DNA of 63,436 nt, filler included, from Deltaproteobacteria bacterium (GTDB lineage Bacteria; JAUYMQ01), in the NCBI GenBank assembly GCA_030698575.1. It is 8 parts of 8 records of this genome, joined end to end, with 100 filler letters (N's around TTAATTAATTAA, not from the genome) between each part and the next. Parts side by side here need not be neighbours in the genome. Positions count along the whole stretch, not along the records: positions 6,152 to 12,370 come from JAUYMQ010000536.1; positions 12,471 to 18,747 come from JAUYMQ010000542.1; positions 18,848 to 23,445 come from JAUYMQ010000553.1; 5 more parts are not named here. One strand, written 5' to 3'. Shown here piece after piece: positions 10,431 to 20,140 of this stretch. The position numbers and the translations under genes are program-made. The notes beneath the pieces were generated by a model. That model saw only the letters and a program-made list of their open reading frames with translations, searched no databases and had not been told where the DNA came from. The stretch's first letter is position 1; each line of letters begins with the position of its first letter.

Positions 10431-11180
10431 TCACTTGTCTATGCAGACTCGAAACCTTGCCTTCCAACCCTTCCCGAAGGTCTGGAAGGGGTCGCCCTCG
10501 ATCTGGAACAAAGTTCGCAGACCCCGAGCCAGCAGTTGTTTGCGTTTGGCATTCCGCCGATCGGCATGGGTGCTTTTCCAGGTGAGTTCCCCTTCCTCCT
10601 CAGCGAACGCCTCGAGCAGCCGCCACTGCAGCGTGGGGCTCCCGTTCCTCGCGTTGGAGAAGCCCATCTCAGCGTGGGTCAGAATGCGACGAACGTCTTT
10701 GATCCGTACCTCGACCGTCTCGCCGTCAAGAAACCGAAGGGTCAGATGTTCCCAGCGGGAATCCGGGGGCGTGGGAAAACGGGAGACCTTGGGGAGCGTC
10801 TCTCGAGAAGCGTCAGAGGACTTTGCACTGGCCTTCAAGCCCTTCAAGACGCCAGCAATAATTGCTTCCCGCTCCTGGCATCGACGCTTTGCAATGAGCC
10901 GGGGGATCTCTTTGGATGGATCTCGGTCGTTCTTCCAGGGTTTCATGAGCGCCTGGTGTAATCGCGGGGAAAAGGCGGTAGCGATGAAATTCAGCGTGGA
11001 ATAGTCTTGCTTCAACGCTACGAGATTCGAGACATATTCCAGCATGGGATTCTCGACAATGGGCTTCAACGAGCTGTTAAAACCGTTCGAGTTTAGAAGC
11101 TGGCTACCACAGATCACGGAAATGGTACTTAGCGCTGGTACAGATGAGTTTCGAGTCATATCGTTGCGGTCTCGCATCAT
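10431..11180 (-). CDS. Hypothetical protein with a C-terminal domain resembling those in prophage-like islands
   Basis: 249-aa ORF, AAGGAGGG RBS; C-terminus FPTPPDSRWEHL...MGFSNARNGSPTLQWRLL...FQIEGDPF...GWKARF. Confidence 0.55.
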   Translation of the reverse strand: MMRDRNDMTRNSSVPALSTISVICGSQLLNSNGFNSSLKPIVENPMLEYVSNLVALKQDYSTLNFIATAFSPRLHQALMKPWKNDRDPSKEIPRLIAKRRCQEREAIIAGVLKGLKASAKSSDASRETLPKVSRFPTPPDSRWEHLTLRFLDGETVEVRIKDVRRILTHAEMGFSNARNGSPTLQWRLLEAFAEEEGELTWKSTHADRRNAKRKQLLARGLRTLFQIEGDPFQTFGKGWKARFRVCIDK

Positions 11181-11358
11181 TCCCTCCTTACCTGAAACAT
11201 GGGAATCCTACCTGCTTCCGCTGCTCATCCCACTCTCTTGACGTGTCGAGCTCAAAAAATACGTCCGCCCGCGCTGGGGTTGAGATTATCACAGTCACAA
11301 CGCATACTTCCCGACTTTCCGCTGCCCAGCGCCGCAGCGCTCACTCGGGAAGCCGCCG

Positions 11359-12370
11359 ATGCCCTTCTTCCGCCTACTTCTTGCACTCCTGCGAGACCTC
11401 GACCGGGACCGTTCCGAGCTCCTTCTTGAGATCGTCGCCCTCCGCCATCAACTCCTCGTACTTTAAAGGAGCGTGAAGCGCCCACAGCTCCGCCAGACCG
11501 ATCGCCTCTTCTGGATTCTCCTGACGAAGCTATGGAAGGTTTGGCGTCCAAACCTCGTGCTCGTGAAGCCCGCGACCGTGGTAGGCTGGCATCGGAAAGG
11601 CTTCAAATTCTTCTGGAAGTGGAGGTCTCGAACCAGGCGACGGGGACGACCCGCGATCCCTCGCCAGCTCATGAACCTCATCCGACGGATGGCCCGCGAA
11701 AATCCGCTCTGGAGCCCCGAGCGCATTGAATCCGAGCGGGCCCTTCTCGGTCACGACGTCGCCGAGGGCACCGTGGCCAAGTATATGGGGCACCGGCGCT
11801 CCGGTTCCCCGAGCTGGCTGACATTCCTCCGAAATCACTTGCCCGAGACCGCGGCCTGCGATTTCTTCACCATTCCCACTGCTACCTTCCGGGTCTTGTA
11901 CTGCTTCCTCGTGCTCTCGCACGATCGCCGGCGCATCATCCACTTCAACGTCACGGCGAATCCGAGCGCCGAGTGGACGGCCCAGCGGATCATCGAGGCG
12001 TTCCCCGGCGACGGGGCGGTCCCGAGGTTCCTCATTCGTGACCGCGATGGGATCTACGGGGGATATTTCCGTCGGCGCGTTCAGAACATGGGAATTCGAG
12101 AGATCATCACGAGCAGGAAATCGCCCTGGCAGAACCCGTTCGTGGAGAGGGTGATCGGAACAATTCGGAGTGAATGTCTGGACCACGTCATCGTGCTCGG
12201 CGAAGATCACCTCCGCCGGCTTCTCAAGAGCTACCTCCATTACTACGATCGGTCGCGCCCTCACCTCTCGCTCGAGAGGAATACCCCCGTCCCCAGGAAC
12301 ATCGAGCCGTCTTCCCGGGGCCGCGTCATCGCGATTGCCCACATCGGCGGCCTTCATCACCGGTACGAGC
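11359..12370 (+). pseudogene. IS-type integrase-core (rve/DDE) transposase with an in-frame stop, truncated by the contig end; probable left end TGTCGAGCTCAAAAAA at 11244
   Basis: MPFFRLL...EIVALRHQLLVL*RSVKRPQL with TAA at 11464-11466; ACDFFT, LIRDRDGIYG, PWQNPFVERVIGTIRSECLDH. Confidence 0.85.
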
Positions 12371-12470
12371 NNNNNNNNNNNNNNNNNNNNNNNNNNNNNN
12401 NNNNNNNNNNNNNNTTAATTAATTAANNNNNNNNNNNNNNNNNNNNNNNNNNNNNNNNNNNNNNNNNNNN

Positions 12471-12633
12471 GATGCCGTGACGACGGCAAACATCCGATGT
12501 CTTCTGCCCGGTTTCCTGCTCGCGGATAATCCCGATGATTTGCTCTTCCGTGAACCGTGATCGCTTCATCGTCCGTCTCCTTCCAGGGGACGGACTCTAC
12601 CTTAAACTGGAGGAAGTTCCGGGGCTCAGGTCA
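12471..12633 (-). mobile_element. IS3-family (IS407-like) element: left end and start of orfA (ATG at 12569), cut by the contig edge
   Basis: MKRSRFTEEQIIGIIREQETGQKTSDVCRRHGI; terminus TGACCTGAGCCCCGG...; AAGGAG RBS. Confidence 0.9.
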
Positions 12634-12765
12634 ACTGCAAAGTGGCGTCCGAAGCGGCGCAGTTCGTAGCATGAGAGGGAGTTGGGTCCCGACCCAGAAA
12701 CTGTGATCGCCGTAGTCGCGCCATTGAGATCAATGGCTTATATGGCGACGGGCGATGCAGGAGCT

Positions 12766-12900
12766 TCAGTACAGGCGCGCGGAGATGCGGAAGTGGATGC
12801 CGCGGTCCTGGCGGTCGCTGCCCCGCTCGGGCAGGCGGTCGTCGTGGAAGGCGTAGACATAGTACAAGGCGGCGTTCGCCCGTGCGCCGAGCTCCCCAGC
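12766..12900 (-). pseudogene. 3' remnant of an outer-membrane beta-barrel gene (ShlB/FhaC-like)
   Basis: Reads ...AALYYVYAF...QDRGIHFRISARLY*, an alternating beta strand ending in an aromatic residue; cut at the MITE. Confidence 0.4.
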
Positions 12901-13092
12901 GTGTGAAATCGCGCCCAACCGTGACCCCACCCGTGAAGCCATATAATGCGTTGCGTTCATTGGAGAATAATTGAATCCAGTGGGGCGCGCTTCACGTCCA
13001 GCCGTGGCCCCTCCCAGACACTCGATCCAATAGTTCCATCAATGACTTAGCCTAACCTGATGGAGCGGTCATGGTTGGACGCGATTTCACAC
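12901..13092. mobile_element. About 190-bp non-autonomous element (MITE) with IS21-like terminal inverted repeats
   Basis: 12901-12926 GTGTGAAATCGCGCCCAACCGTGACC versus reverse complement of 13067-13092 GTGTGAAATCGCGTCCAACCATGACC (24/26 match); no internal gene. Confidence 0.75.
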
Positions 13093-13151
13093 TGTCCCGC
13101 TGACTCGTGACTACATGGTGAACTGGGAGCGGGCGAACGCTTCTCCCGAAG

Positions 13152-15143
13152 TCATGAGCGCGGCGGGGGCGCATCCGCTGCGTCGTTCCTCAGCGAGTCG
13201 AACTTCTCCACGTATTGCAGGACCACCCACACGTAGGCGGCGTGGCTCCACGTGAGCGGGGAGACGGAGAGAGGATAACCCTTCACGGGGTGCACCTGTT
13301 CCGCAAGAACCCCCGACGGGAGCGCATTCTTGGCGCACCACTCGAGGCAAGGCAGAGCTTCGTGAAGCTCCTCGAAATTCCCGGCACGAGCGATCAGGTA
13401 TTCCCCCAGCCAGAGCATCGAGATGAACCAGGGGTTCCCGGGAACACTCTCCGGAACGTCGTCTTCGCGCTGATAGCGATCGTTCTGATACCGCGCCAGG
13501 CCTCCGATCTGCGTCTCGAGCGTCAACTGCCGACGGACCGCCTCCACCGTTGCAACGATCCGCGGATCGTCCAGCGGGAGCGCGCCGAGCGTCGCCAGCC
13601 CCAGGAGGCTGACGTCGATCACCTCGTCGAGTTCGTAGCCCGATTCGTTCCGGTAGCCTGAGCGCGCGTACCGCTGGTGACCTGCGTGGAATAGATGCTT
13701 CACCACGCCCGCCGTCATCTGATCGGCCACCGTGTCATAGGTCTCGGCTCGGGAAGCATCCTGAAACACTCTCGCGAAATTCGCCGCCCCTCGGAGGCCG
13801 GCGATCACTGCGGCGACCGTGTACGAGTGGACTCCGTAGCGCTCCTCCCAGAGGTCGTAAGAGGGGATGGGCAGTCGCGTGTCGGAATCGCGATGCGCCA
13901 CCAGAAAGTTTGCGGACTTCAGAATGAGCGTCTCGTAAAGGGGCCGGATGAACTCCACGTCCCTCGAGCACTCGTAGTGAAGCCAGAGCGCCCAGAGAAT
14001 CAGGGCGGTCGAGTCTTCCTGGATGGGCAGCACCTCCTTCCCGTCCCGTAGCCACGCGTGCCAATTGCTGGCCAGTGATCCATCAGGGTTGTAGTGCTGA
14101 AAGAGGTATCCCTCCTCGGACAACACCCCGCGGCAGAACTCGAAGAACTTCCGGCACAGCTCCGAGTACCCGGCCTTCTCGAGCGCGGCGGCGGCGAATG
14201 CCCCGTCGCGGCCCCACATGTAGGAGTACGTATCTCCCCCAAAACGCACGATGTCCGAGTCGTTCGCGGCGATGATCGCCCCTCGGTTGTCGATCTGGGT
14301 TCGCAAGATGAGGAGGCTTCGGTTGAAGACGTCCGCAACAGAATTCGGCAGATCTCCGAAAGATCGCGGTTCCTTTCGGACCCATGCCCGCCAGTAGTCC
14401 GACGTTCGGCGGATCAGCTCGGAGGGTGTCTTCTCGGAAACGACCCCGTTGATGTGGACCACCTCTTCGTAGCACTGGCCTGCAGCCAGCCAGTAGAAGG
14501 CCGTGCCCGATCCTCCGGCAGGGACATGCACCCGCACGCCGACTGTCGACTCCGCACGTCCCCAAGAGACTGGACTCCCGCCGAGTTCTCCGTCTTCGGC
14601 CTCCTTCCAGGATGGCTGCCTTCCGGGCCCCTCCTTGACACCGCAAGAGAAGTAATCGGCCACCAACGCTTCGGAATTGCAGCAATTGACGAGGAAGTAC
14701 CGATTCCTCTCGTAGTGGACGACGGACCTAGTGCGAGGATCGTAGTACGCCGTCTCCCCGATCTCGTTGCCATAGAGGTGAAAGTCCTGGTTGAAGAAGA
14801 GCTTGACCTCGCGCGCTCTCCCTTCCAGGTCGATGACCTCAATTCGCCTGACGTAGACGTCGAGATGGCAATCGACGGTGTCCTGACAGCGAAGCTCCAG
14901 GGCCAGCGCGCTGCTCCGGAGAGACACCTGCGTGACGAGTGTGTCGTCGCGATACCGGAGATCCCTTTCCCACTCTGGGCCCATCCAGGAGATGCGGCCG
15001 TCTACCCAGATTCCGAAGCGAAATTCGTTTCCCCGGGTGTGATTCTCCAGGCCGATCCAGGGGAAGTAGATGTCCCGAATGCGGTAGTTCGCGTCGAAGT
15101 TCAGGAGGAGATTGCCGTTGCTTACCGGAATGTCTCTGGGCAT
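13152..15143 (-). CDS. Glycoside hydrolase family 15 (glucoamylase/trehalase-like)
   Basis: MPRDIPVSNG start, YSYMWGRDG, YDLWEE, LAEQ...SVSPLTWSHA motifs. Confidence 0.92.
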   Translation of the reverse strand: MPRDIPVSNGNLLLNFDANYRIRDIYFPWIGLENHTRGNEFRFGIWVDGRISWMGPEWERDLRYRDDTLVTQVSLRSSALALELRCQDTVDCHLDVYVRRIEVIDLEGRAREVKLFFNQDFHLYGNEIGETAYYDPRTRSVVHYERNRYFLVNCCNSEALVADYFSCGVKEGPGRQPSWKEAEDGELGGSPVSWGRAESTVGVRVHVPAGGSGTAFYWLAAGQCYEEVVHINGVVSEKTPSELIRRTSDYWRAWVRKEPRSFGDLPNSVADVFNRSLLILRTQIDNRGAIIAANDSDIVRFGGDTYSYMWGRDGAFAAAALEKAGYSELCRKFFEFCRGVLSEEGYLFQHYNPDGSLASNWHAWLRDGKEVLPIQEDSTALILWALWLHYECSRDVEFIRPLYETLILKSANFLVAHRDSDTRLPIPSYDLWEERYGVHSYTVAAVIAGLRGAANFARVFQDASRAETYDTVADQMTAGVVKHLFHAGHQRYARSGYRNESGYELDEVIDVSLLGLATLGALPLDDPRIVATVEAVRRQLTLETQIGGLARYQNDRYQREDDVPESVPGNPWFISMLWLGEYLIARAGNFEELHEALPCLEWCAKNALPSGVLAEQVHPVKGYPLSVSPLTWSHAAYVWVVLQYVEKFDSLRNDAADAPPPRS

Positions 15144-15153
15144 GGCGTCCCCA

Positions 15154-16398
15154 CTAGGCGTTGATCCCGTGAATGGACGGGCTTTCCTGACTGACCGACC
15201 GACCACTCGCCGCTGCTTTGCGCAGATCGGCCACACCGGCAAGCTCCGCGTACAGCTCTGCGTAACTCCCGGCCATTCTCTGCATGGAGAAATATTCGTC
15301 GACGTGCCTGCGGCATTTGCGCCGATCGATGTGCTCGATGCGCTCGACCGCCTGGATCATCGCCCCGGCGGAATCCACGATGAACCCCGTCACTCCATCA
15401 ATCACGATCTCCGGAACGGATCCCTCCCGGAACGCCAATATAGGCGTGCCGGACGCCATGGACTCGATCAGCACCATCCCGAAGGGCTCGCCCCACCGGA
15501 CCGGAAACAGCGTTGCCCTTGCATGTCTAAACCAGTACTTCTTCGCATCCGTACTCAGCTCCCCGATGTAGACGATCTGTTCGTTGCGGGACAGGATTGG
15601 CTTCATGACGTCTTCGTAGTAGCTCCGGTCGACAGGATGTCGGCTCACGTCGACGACGAGATCGATGGACGTCCCCAGGCGCTCGAAGTACGCCTTGTCC
15701 TCCGGCTTTTCCTGGACGCAGCCGGCGAGAATGAGCTTCGAACCGGACTTCTTCGCAACATCGATGGCGCTGTCCTGTCCCTTGACCCAAGTGATTCGGC
15801 CGATGTTGAAGAGATAGTCTGCGCTGTTGGACCTCTCGTTGAACGGATACTCGTTCGTATCGAGCCCATGCGGGATGGTCTTCGCAACCGGAATCAGATG
15901 GGCGTACTGTCGTCTCTGATACTCGCTGATGGCGACGTAGTGCATTGAGGGTACGCTCGGCGCGTCGGGGTGCATCGCGCGGAACTCCTCGATTCCGCTG
16001 TGCAAGCCGGATACGTGGAGGGTCGTCACGATCGGCAGGCCAGGGGCGAACCTGCCATCGCAGACGTACTCGAACCATTCGTGCATGTGGACGACGTCGA
16101 TGTCACCTCTCTTGGCCCTGGCCAGGGCCTTTGCGAGGTGTCGATCGACACTTGCCCTCCCCTCCCGCGTGTCTTGGCGGAGGTAATCACCGAGGCTCCG
16201 CGGAACGGTACCGTACTTCTGGCCGGTGACGGCGGAATCCGAAGAGCAGGCAACGATGGATCGGTGCCCGAGGGTGCTGAGTCCTTTGTCGATGTTGTAG
16301 ATGACCGTTTCGATCGGGCCATATCCCATGTGGGACATAATCGGTTTGTTGATCGTGGCCACGTGAAGGACGTTCAATCGCTTGCGGGTCGCGCTCAT
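15154..16398 (-). CDS. Glycosyltransferase family 4
   Basis: GYGPIE, GRITWVKG, EPFGMVLIESMASGTP motifs. Confidence 0.92.
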   Translation of the reverse strand: MSATRKRLNVLHVATINKPIMSHMGYGPIETVIYNIDKGLSTLGHRSIVACSSDSAVTGQKYGTVPRSLGDYLRQDTREGRASVDRHLAKALARAKRGDIDVVHMHEWFEYVCDGRFAPGLPIVTTLHVSGLHSGIEEFRAMHPDAPSVPSMHYVAISEYQRRQYAHLIPVAKTIPHGLDTNEYPFNERSNSADYLFNIGRITWVKGQDSAIDVAKKSGSKLILAGCVQEKPEDKAYFERLGTSIDLVVDVSRHPVDRSYYEDVMKPILSRNEQIVYIGELSTDAKKYWFRHARATLFPVRWGEPFGMVLIESMASGTPILAFREGSVPEIVIDGVTGFIVDSAGAMIQAVERIEHIDRRKCRRHVDEYFSMQRMAGSYAELYAELAGVADLRKAAASGRSVSQESPSIHGINA

Positions 16399-16533
16399 TG
16401 GTCATGCCAGATCCTTACTGGCAGCGGCCTTCCGCCGCTCGATCTGCTCGCCAACCTCCATCGGATCCTGCTCGGCTCGCCAACCCCGTTGTGCACGTTA
16501 GGCTAGCGGCAAGATTCTGTGGGAATCGAGTTT

Positions 16534-16938
16534 TCATGACGATGCGTTGCGCGAGCGGAGGAACGCCAGGTACTTGAGGAGCTCTTCCTCTTCCTCGGCG
16601 GTCAGATCGTCGATCGCGAAGGCAGCCAGCCTTCTCTTGCGCCCACCCATGCTGCCCTCGAGCGGCAACAAGTATCCGGCCCTCTCCATCAACGCCTCGT
16701 AGGGCACTGCGTAAATCCCCGACAAACTGTGAAGCACGTTGGGCGAGGGCTTTTGGATCTTTCCATTCTCGAGCTGGCTCAAGTAGGCATTCGAGACCGC
16801 CTTGCCCGTGGCCTCTTCGACCTGCCGGAGTGAGAGCCCCTTGGCCGTACGCAAATCGGCCAGGAGAGAGCCAAGCTCGTTCGGTCGCCCTCCATACTCG
16901 GACCGCTTTCGCCGCGATCGTCTGCCACGATCCGCCAT
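16534..16938 (-). CDS. XRE-family HTH transcriptional regulator
   Basis: GLSLRQVEEATGKAVSNAYLSQLENGKIQKPSP; C-terminal LTAEEEEELLKYLAFLRSR. Confidence 0.9.
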   Translation of the reverse strand: MADRGRRSRRKRSEYGGRPNELGSLLADLRTAKGLSLRQVEEATGKAVSNAYLSQLENGKIQKPSPNVLHSLSGIYAVPYEALMERAGYLLPLEGSMGGRKRRLAAFAIDDLTAEEEEELLKYLAFLRSRNASS

Positions 16939-16945
16939 GGATCTC

Positions 16946-16976
16946 AGTATGGCCGCGATTGCTTGATACATCAAGC
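16946..16976 (-). promoter_or_regulatory. XRE gene promoter with a palindromic operator over the -35 box
   Basis: TTGATG, 17 bp, CATACT, ending 7 bp before the ATG; perfect palindrome GCTTGAT-AC-ATCAAGC at 16961-16976. Confidence 0.65.
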
Positions 16977-17340
16977 GTTTTGCATGGTCGCTTTATACAT
17001 TTAGCGAATCTTATACACTGAGCACCTCGGGGTGGGGACGCCCGCAGCGAGCTGAGACGCTGGTTCCGGCGCTCCGACGGGTGGTCGCTGCAGAAGCCGC
17101 GCACCTGCTCCAAAGCGACTTCAAAGAGAATCCCATGCGTGAAACCGACTAACTGACGATCCCCACGATGAACCCGGGTACGACTTCCATCGCTCCTCTC
17201 CGCCGCCATGCCAGCTGCGCTGAGCCCGGACCAGCATCATCGTATCAGCCCTAAGAACTCGCCCGAGAGGGTGAACCGGATCGTTCCCGCGGGGACGATG
17301 GGCCAGGCGATCTCGTTGAGAGTCCAGAGCCTGCGGGTGC

Positions 17341-17976
17341 CGGAACCTCGAGGTCGTCTCAAAGATGTTCAACCTGGCGGAACTCTGGGGCCTGCGCCCG
17401 GACGGGTCGAACCCGCGTCGACATATAAAGAAGTATCCCGAGGTGAAGCGTGAACGCTACCTCAGCCCCGCCGAACTCGCCGCATTGGGCAACACCCTGT
17501 CCCGGGCAGAACAAGAGGGTGTCGAGGATGCCTACGCCATCGCCGCTATCCGGCTTTTGATCTTCACCGGCTGCCGGCTCAACGAGATCATGACGTTGAA
17601 GCGGGAGTATGTGGATTTCGAGGGCGCGTGCCTGCGGCTGCCCGACACCAAGACCGGGGCCCGCGTGATCCATCTTGGAGCCCCTGCCCTCGAGGTCCTG
17701 TCCAATCTTGAGCGCCAGCCCGAAAACCCCTGGTTCATTTGCGGCAAAAAGCCCCGCGCCCGCCGGACCGACTTGCAGCCGTTCTGGCAACGGCTCCGCA
17801 AGCGGGCGACGGTGCGCCTCTGGGCCATGACCGAGGGTAGCGCCGCATCGGGCTTGGTTCACCGGCTCGAACGCGAGATCAGCAGTGAGCCCACCTATAA
17901 TGAGTGTCTGTCGGCGGCGAAAAATGAGAACCTGGAGCTAGCCACGGGCCTCGCAGTGTCCGGAACCCGGCGTTGA
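17341..17976 (+). pseudogene. Tyrosine recombinase/phage integrase fragment, truncated at both ends
   Basis: RNLEVVSKMFNLAELWGLRPDGSNP, FTGCRLNEI, LPDTKTG; ends before HxLRH and the catalytic Tyr. Confidence 0.85.
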
Positions 17977-18049
17977 TTTTGAGTCGTAGCCCTGGATGTG
18001 ATGTACTAATTTATCGGTTTCGAAAAATTTCGAGCGAATGCGTGCGGTA

Positions 18050-18747
18050 ATGAACACCAGCCTGTTCTTGCGCTTTTTCCTGCCTTTGCTCGCGGTGCTG
18101 GCGGCGATGGCCGCCGCCCTCACGCCCGTCGCCGACAGCCTGATCGCGCGTTGGTTCCAGCACGATGTCGAAATTCGATCCCGGCTGATCTTCAACTCGA
18201 TCCACGATTCTTTGGTCGTTCTCGCCCGGCAATCGTCGCGGCGCGAAATGGAGGCCTTGTTCGAGCGCATCGCGGGCGACGAGCGGGTCATGGCGGTCGG
18301 CTGGTGCGACGGGGCGGGCAAACTCCAAAGAACCAGCAAGGCCTGGCCGAAAAAGTTCGGCTGCCCGGACGCCCGCGCCGGCGGCCAACCGACGTTTCGC
18401 ACCGAAGACCACGAGCGCGGCACGGTCCTGCTGGCGGCGTTCCCGATTTCGGGCGAAGACGCCGCCCTCGGCCGCCTGCTCATCCTCCACGACATGAGCT
18501 TCGCCGCCAGCCGCAGCCTCGACGCCCGGCTGTATCTGATGGCGTTTCTGGTTCTGCTCGGCCTCGCCGTGGCCGGCGTCACGGTTCTGACGGCGCGGTT
18601 GACGCTGCGCGGCTGGATCCGCTCGGTCCGGCAAAGCCTGCAAGCGCCGCTCGGAAGCTTCACGCCCGGCAAGAACCCGCAACTGGCCCCCGTGATCGGC
18701 GAAATCCGCCAGCTGCTTCGCGATCTCGACATTTCGCGCCGGACCGC
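18050..18747 (+). CDS. N-terminal membrane domain of a long-form trehalose-6-phosphate synthase (partial; catalytic domain not in contig)
   Basis: LRFFLPL...RWFQHDVEIRSRLI...DERVMAVGWCD...LILHDMSF resembles the N-terminus of membrane-anchored OtsA. Confidence 0.6.
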
Positions 18748-18847
18748 NNNNNNNNNNNNNNNNNNNNNNNNNNNNNNNNNNNNNNNNNNNNTTAATTAAT
18801 TAANNNNNNNNNNNNNNNNNNNNNNNNNNNNNNNNNNNNNNNNNNNN

Positions 18848-19463
18848 CACCATGCTCGAGCAGCTGCGGCAGAAGTTCGGAATCAAAGAGCCGATCCGGC
18901 TCGAGAGCTTCATCGCGCTCCGGGAGGTGGTCTTCTGGAAGGAGCCTGTGATTGCCCTCGAGGCCTTTGCGACGGACGCTTCCCGGGCGCTGGCGGAGGC
19001 GCTGGAGGGCCTCCTCGCCATGCGCGCGGAGGAGGGCAGGGCGCTGACGCGAGATCTCGATGATCGACTCTCCGCCATCGAGGCGGCGATCGCATGGATT
19101 GGCGAGCGCATGGTCGGCGTGGGCGAGCGCATCCGCGCCTCGCTGCGGGAGAAGGTGAAAGCGCTCCTGGAGGGGGCCGCCCCCGATCCCTGGCGGATGG
19201 AGCAGGAGATACTGTTCCATGCCGAAAGGATGGATACGTCGGAGGAGCTGACGCGTCTTGGAAGCCATGTCGCACAGTTCCGCCAGCTCCTGAACGCCGG
19301 GGAAGGGGCGGTGGGGCGCAAGATGGACTTCCTCGTCCAGGAGATGCTGCGCGAGACGAACACGATCAACGCCAAGGCGAACGACGCCGAGCTCGTGCAT
19401 CGGGTCGTCGAGATCAAGGCCGAGCTGGAGAAGGTGCGGGAGCAGATCCAGAACGTGGAGTGA
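18848..19463 (+). CDS. yicC: YicC/YloC family endoribonuclease (5' partial)
   Basis: DTSEELTRLGSH, GRKMDFLVQEMLRETNTI, EKVREQIQNVE. Confidence 0.93.
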
Positions 19464-19483
19464 GGCCGGAACGTGGAGTGATA

Positions 19484-20140
19484 ATGGATTCTCCGGGCGT
19501 GCTCATGGTGGTTTCAGGCCCCTCGGGCTCGGGAAAGACCAGCTTGTGCAAGGCGCTGCTCGAACGGGAGCCCGAGGCGCGCTTCTCCGTCTCCTACACC
19601 ACGCGTTCCAAGCGCGCGGGCGAGCATGAGGGGAAGGACTACCACTTCGTTGATCAGCCGACCTTTCGCCGCATGATCGAACAGAAGCAGTTTGCCGAGT
19701 GGGCGGAGGTCTACGGCCAGCTCTACGGAACCTCCGCGGCCTGGCTGCGATCGCAGATGGATCTCGGGATCGACGTCATCCTCGACATCGACTACCAGGG
19801 CGCCTACCAGGTGCGCGATCGCCTGGACGATGACTCGCCCGTCCTCGTCTTCGTCATACCCCCATCCTTCGAGGTACTGAAGGAGCGCCTCGCCTCCCGC
19901 GGCACCGAAACCGACGCCCGCGTGCGGGAACGGCTGCAGACCGCCGAGGAGGAGCTGAGGCACGTCTATCTCTACGACTACGTGGTCATCAACGACGCCT
20001 TCGACCGGGCGGTGACCGATCTTGCAGCCATCCTTCACGCCGAGCGGAACGCCAGGGCCCGCCTGCTGCCCCGCGTCCGCCGGTCCTACGGCGCGCTGAT
20101 CCCTTCCACGCCGCCGCCGCCGCCCAAGCGGCGGGGCTGA
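19484..20140 (+). CDS. gmk: Guanylate kinase
   Basis: SGPSGSGKT, SVSYTTR, GKDYHF, LDIDYQGA. Confidence 0.96.
   Translation: MDSPGVLMVVSGPSGSGKTSLCKALLEREPEARFSVSYTTRSKRAGEHEGKDYHFVDQPTFRRMIEQKQFAEWAEVYGQLYGTSAAWLRSQMDLGIDVILDIDYQGAYQVRDRLDDDSPVLVFVIPPSFEVLKERLASRGTETDARVRERLQTAEEELRHVYLYDYVVINDAFDRAVTDLAAILHAERNARARLLPRVRRSYGALIPSTPPPPPKRRG

Noticed and set aside
10236..10961. 241-aa plus-strand ORF
   Set aside because: Antisense to the more plausible 10431-11180 gene and has no motifs.
17021..17340. Short ORFs between the XRE promoter and the integrase fragment
   Set aside because: No recognisable product in any frame; probably degraded island sequence.
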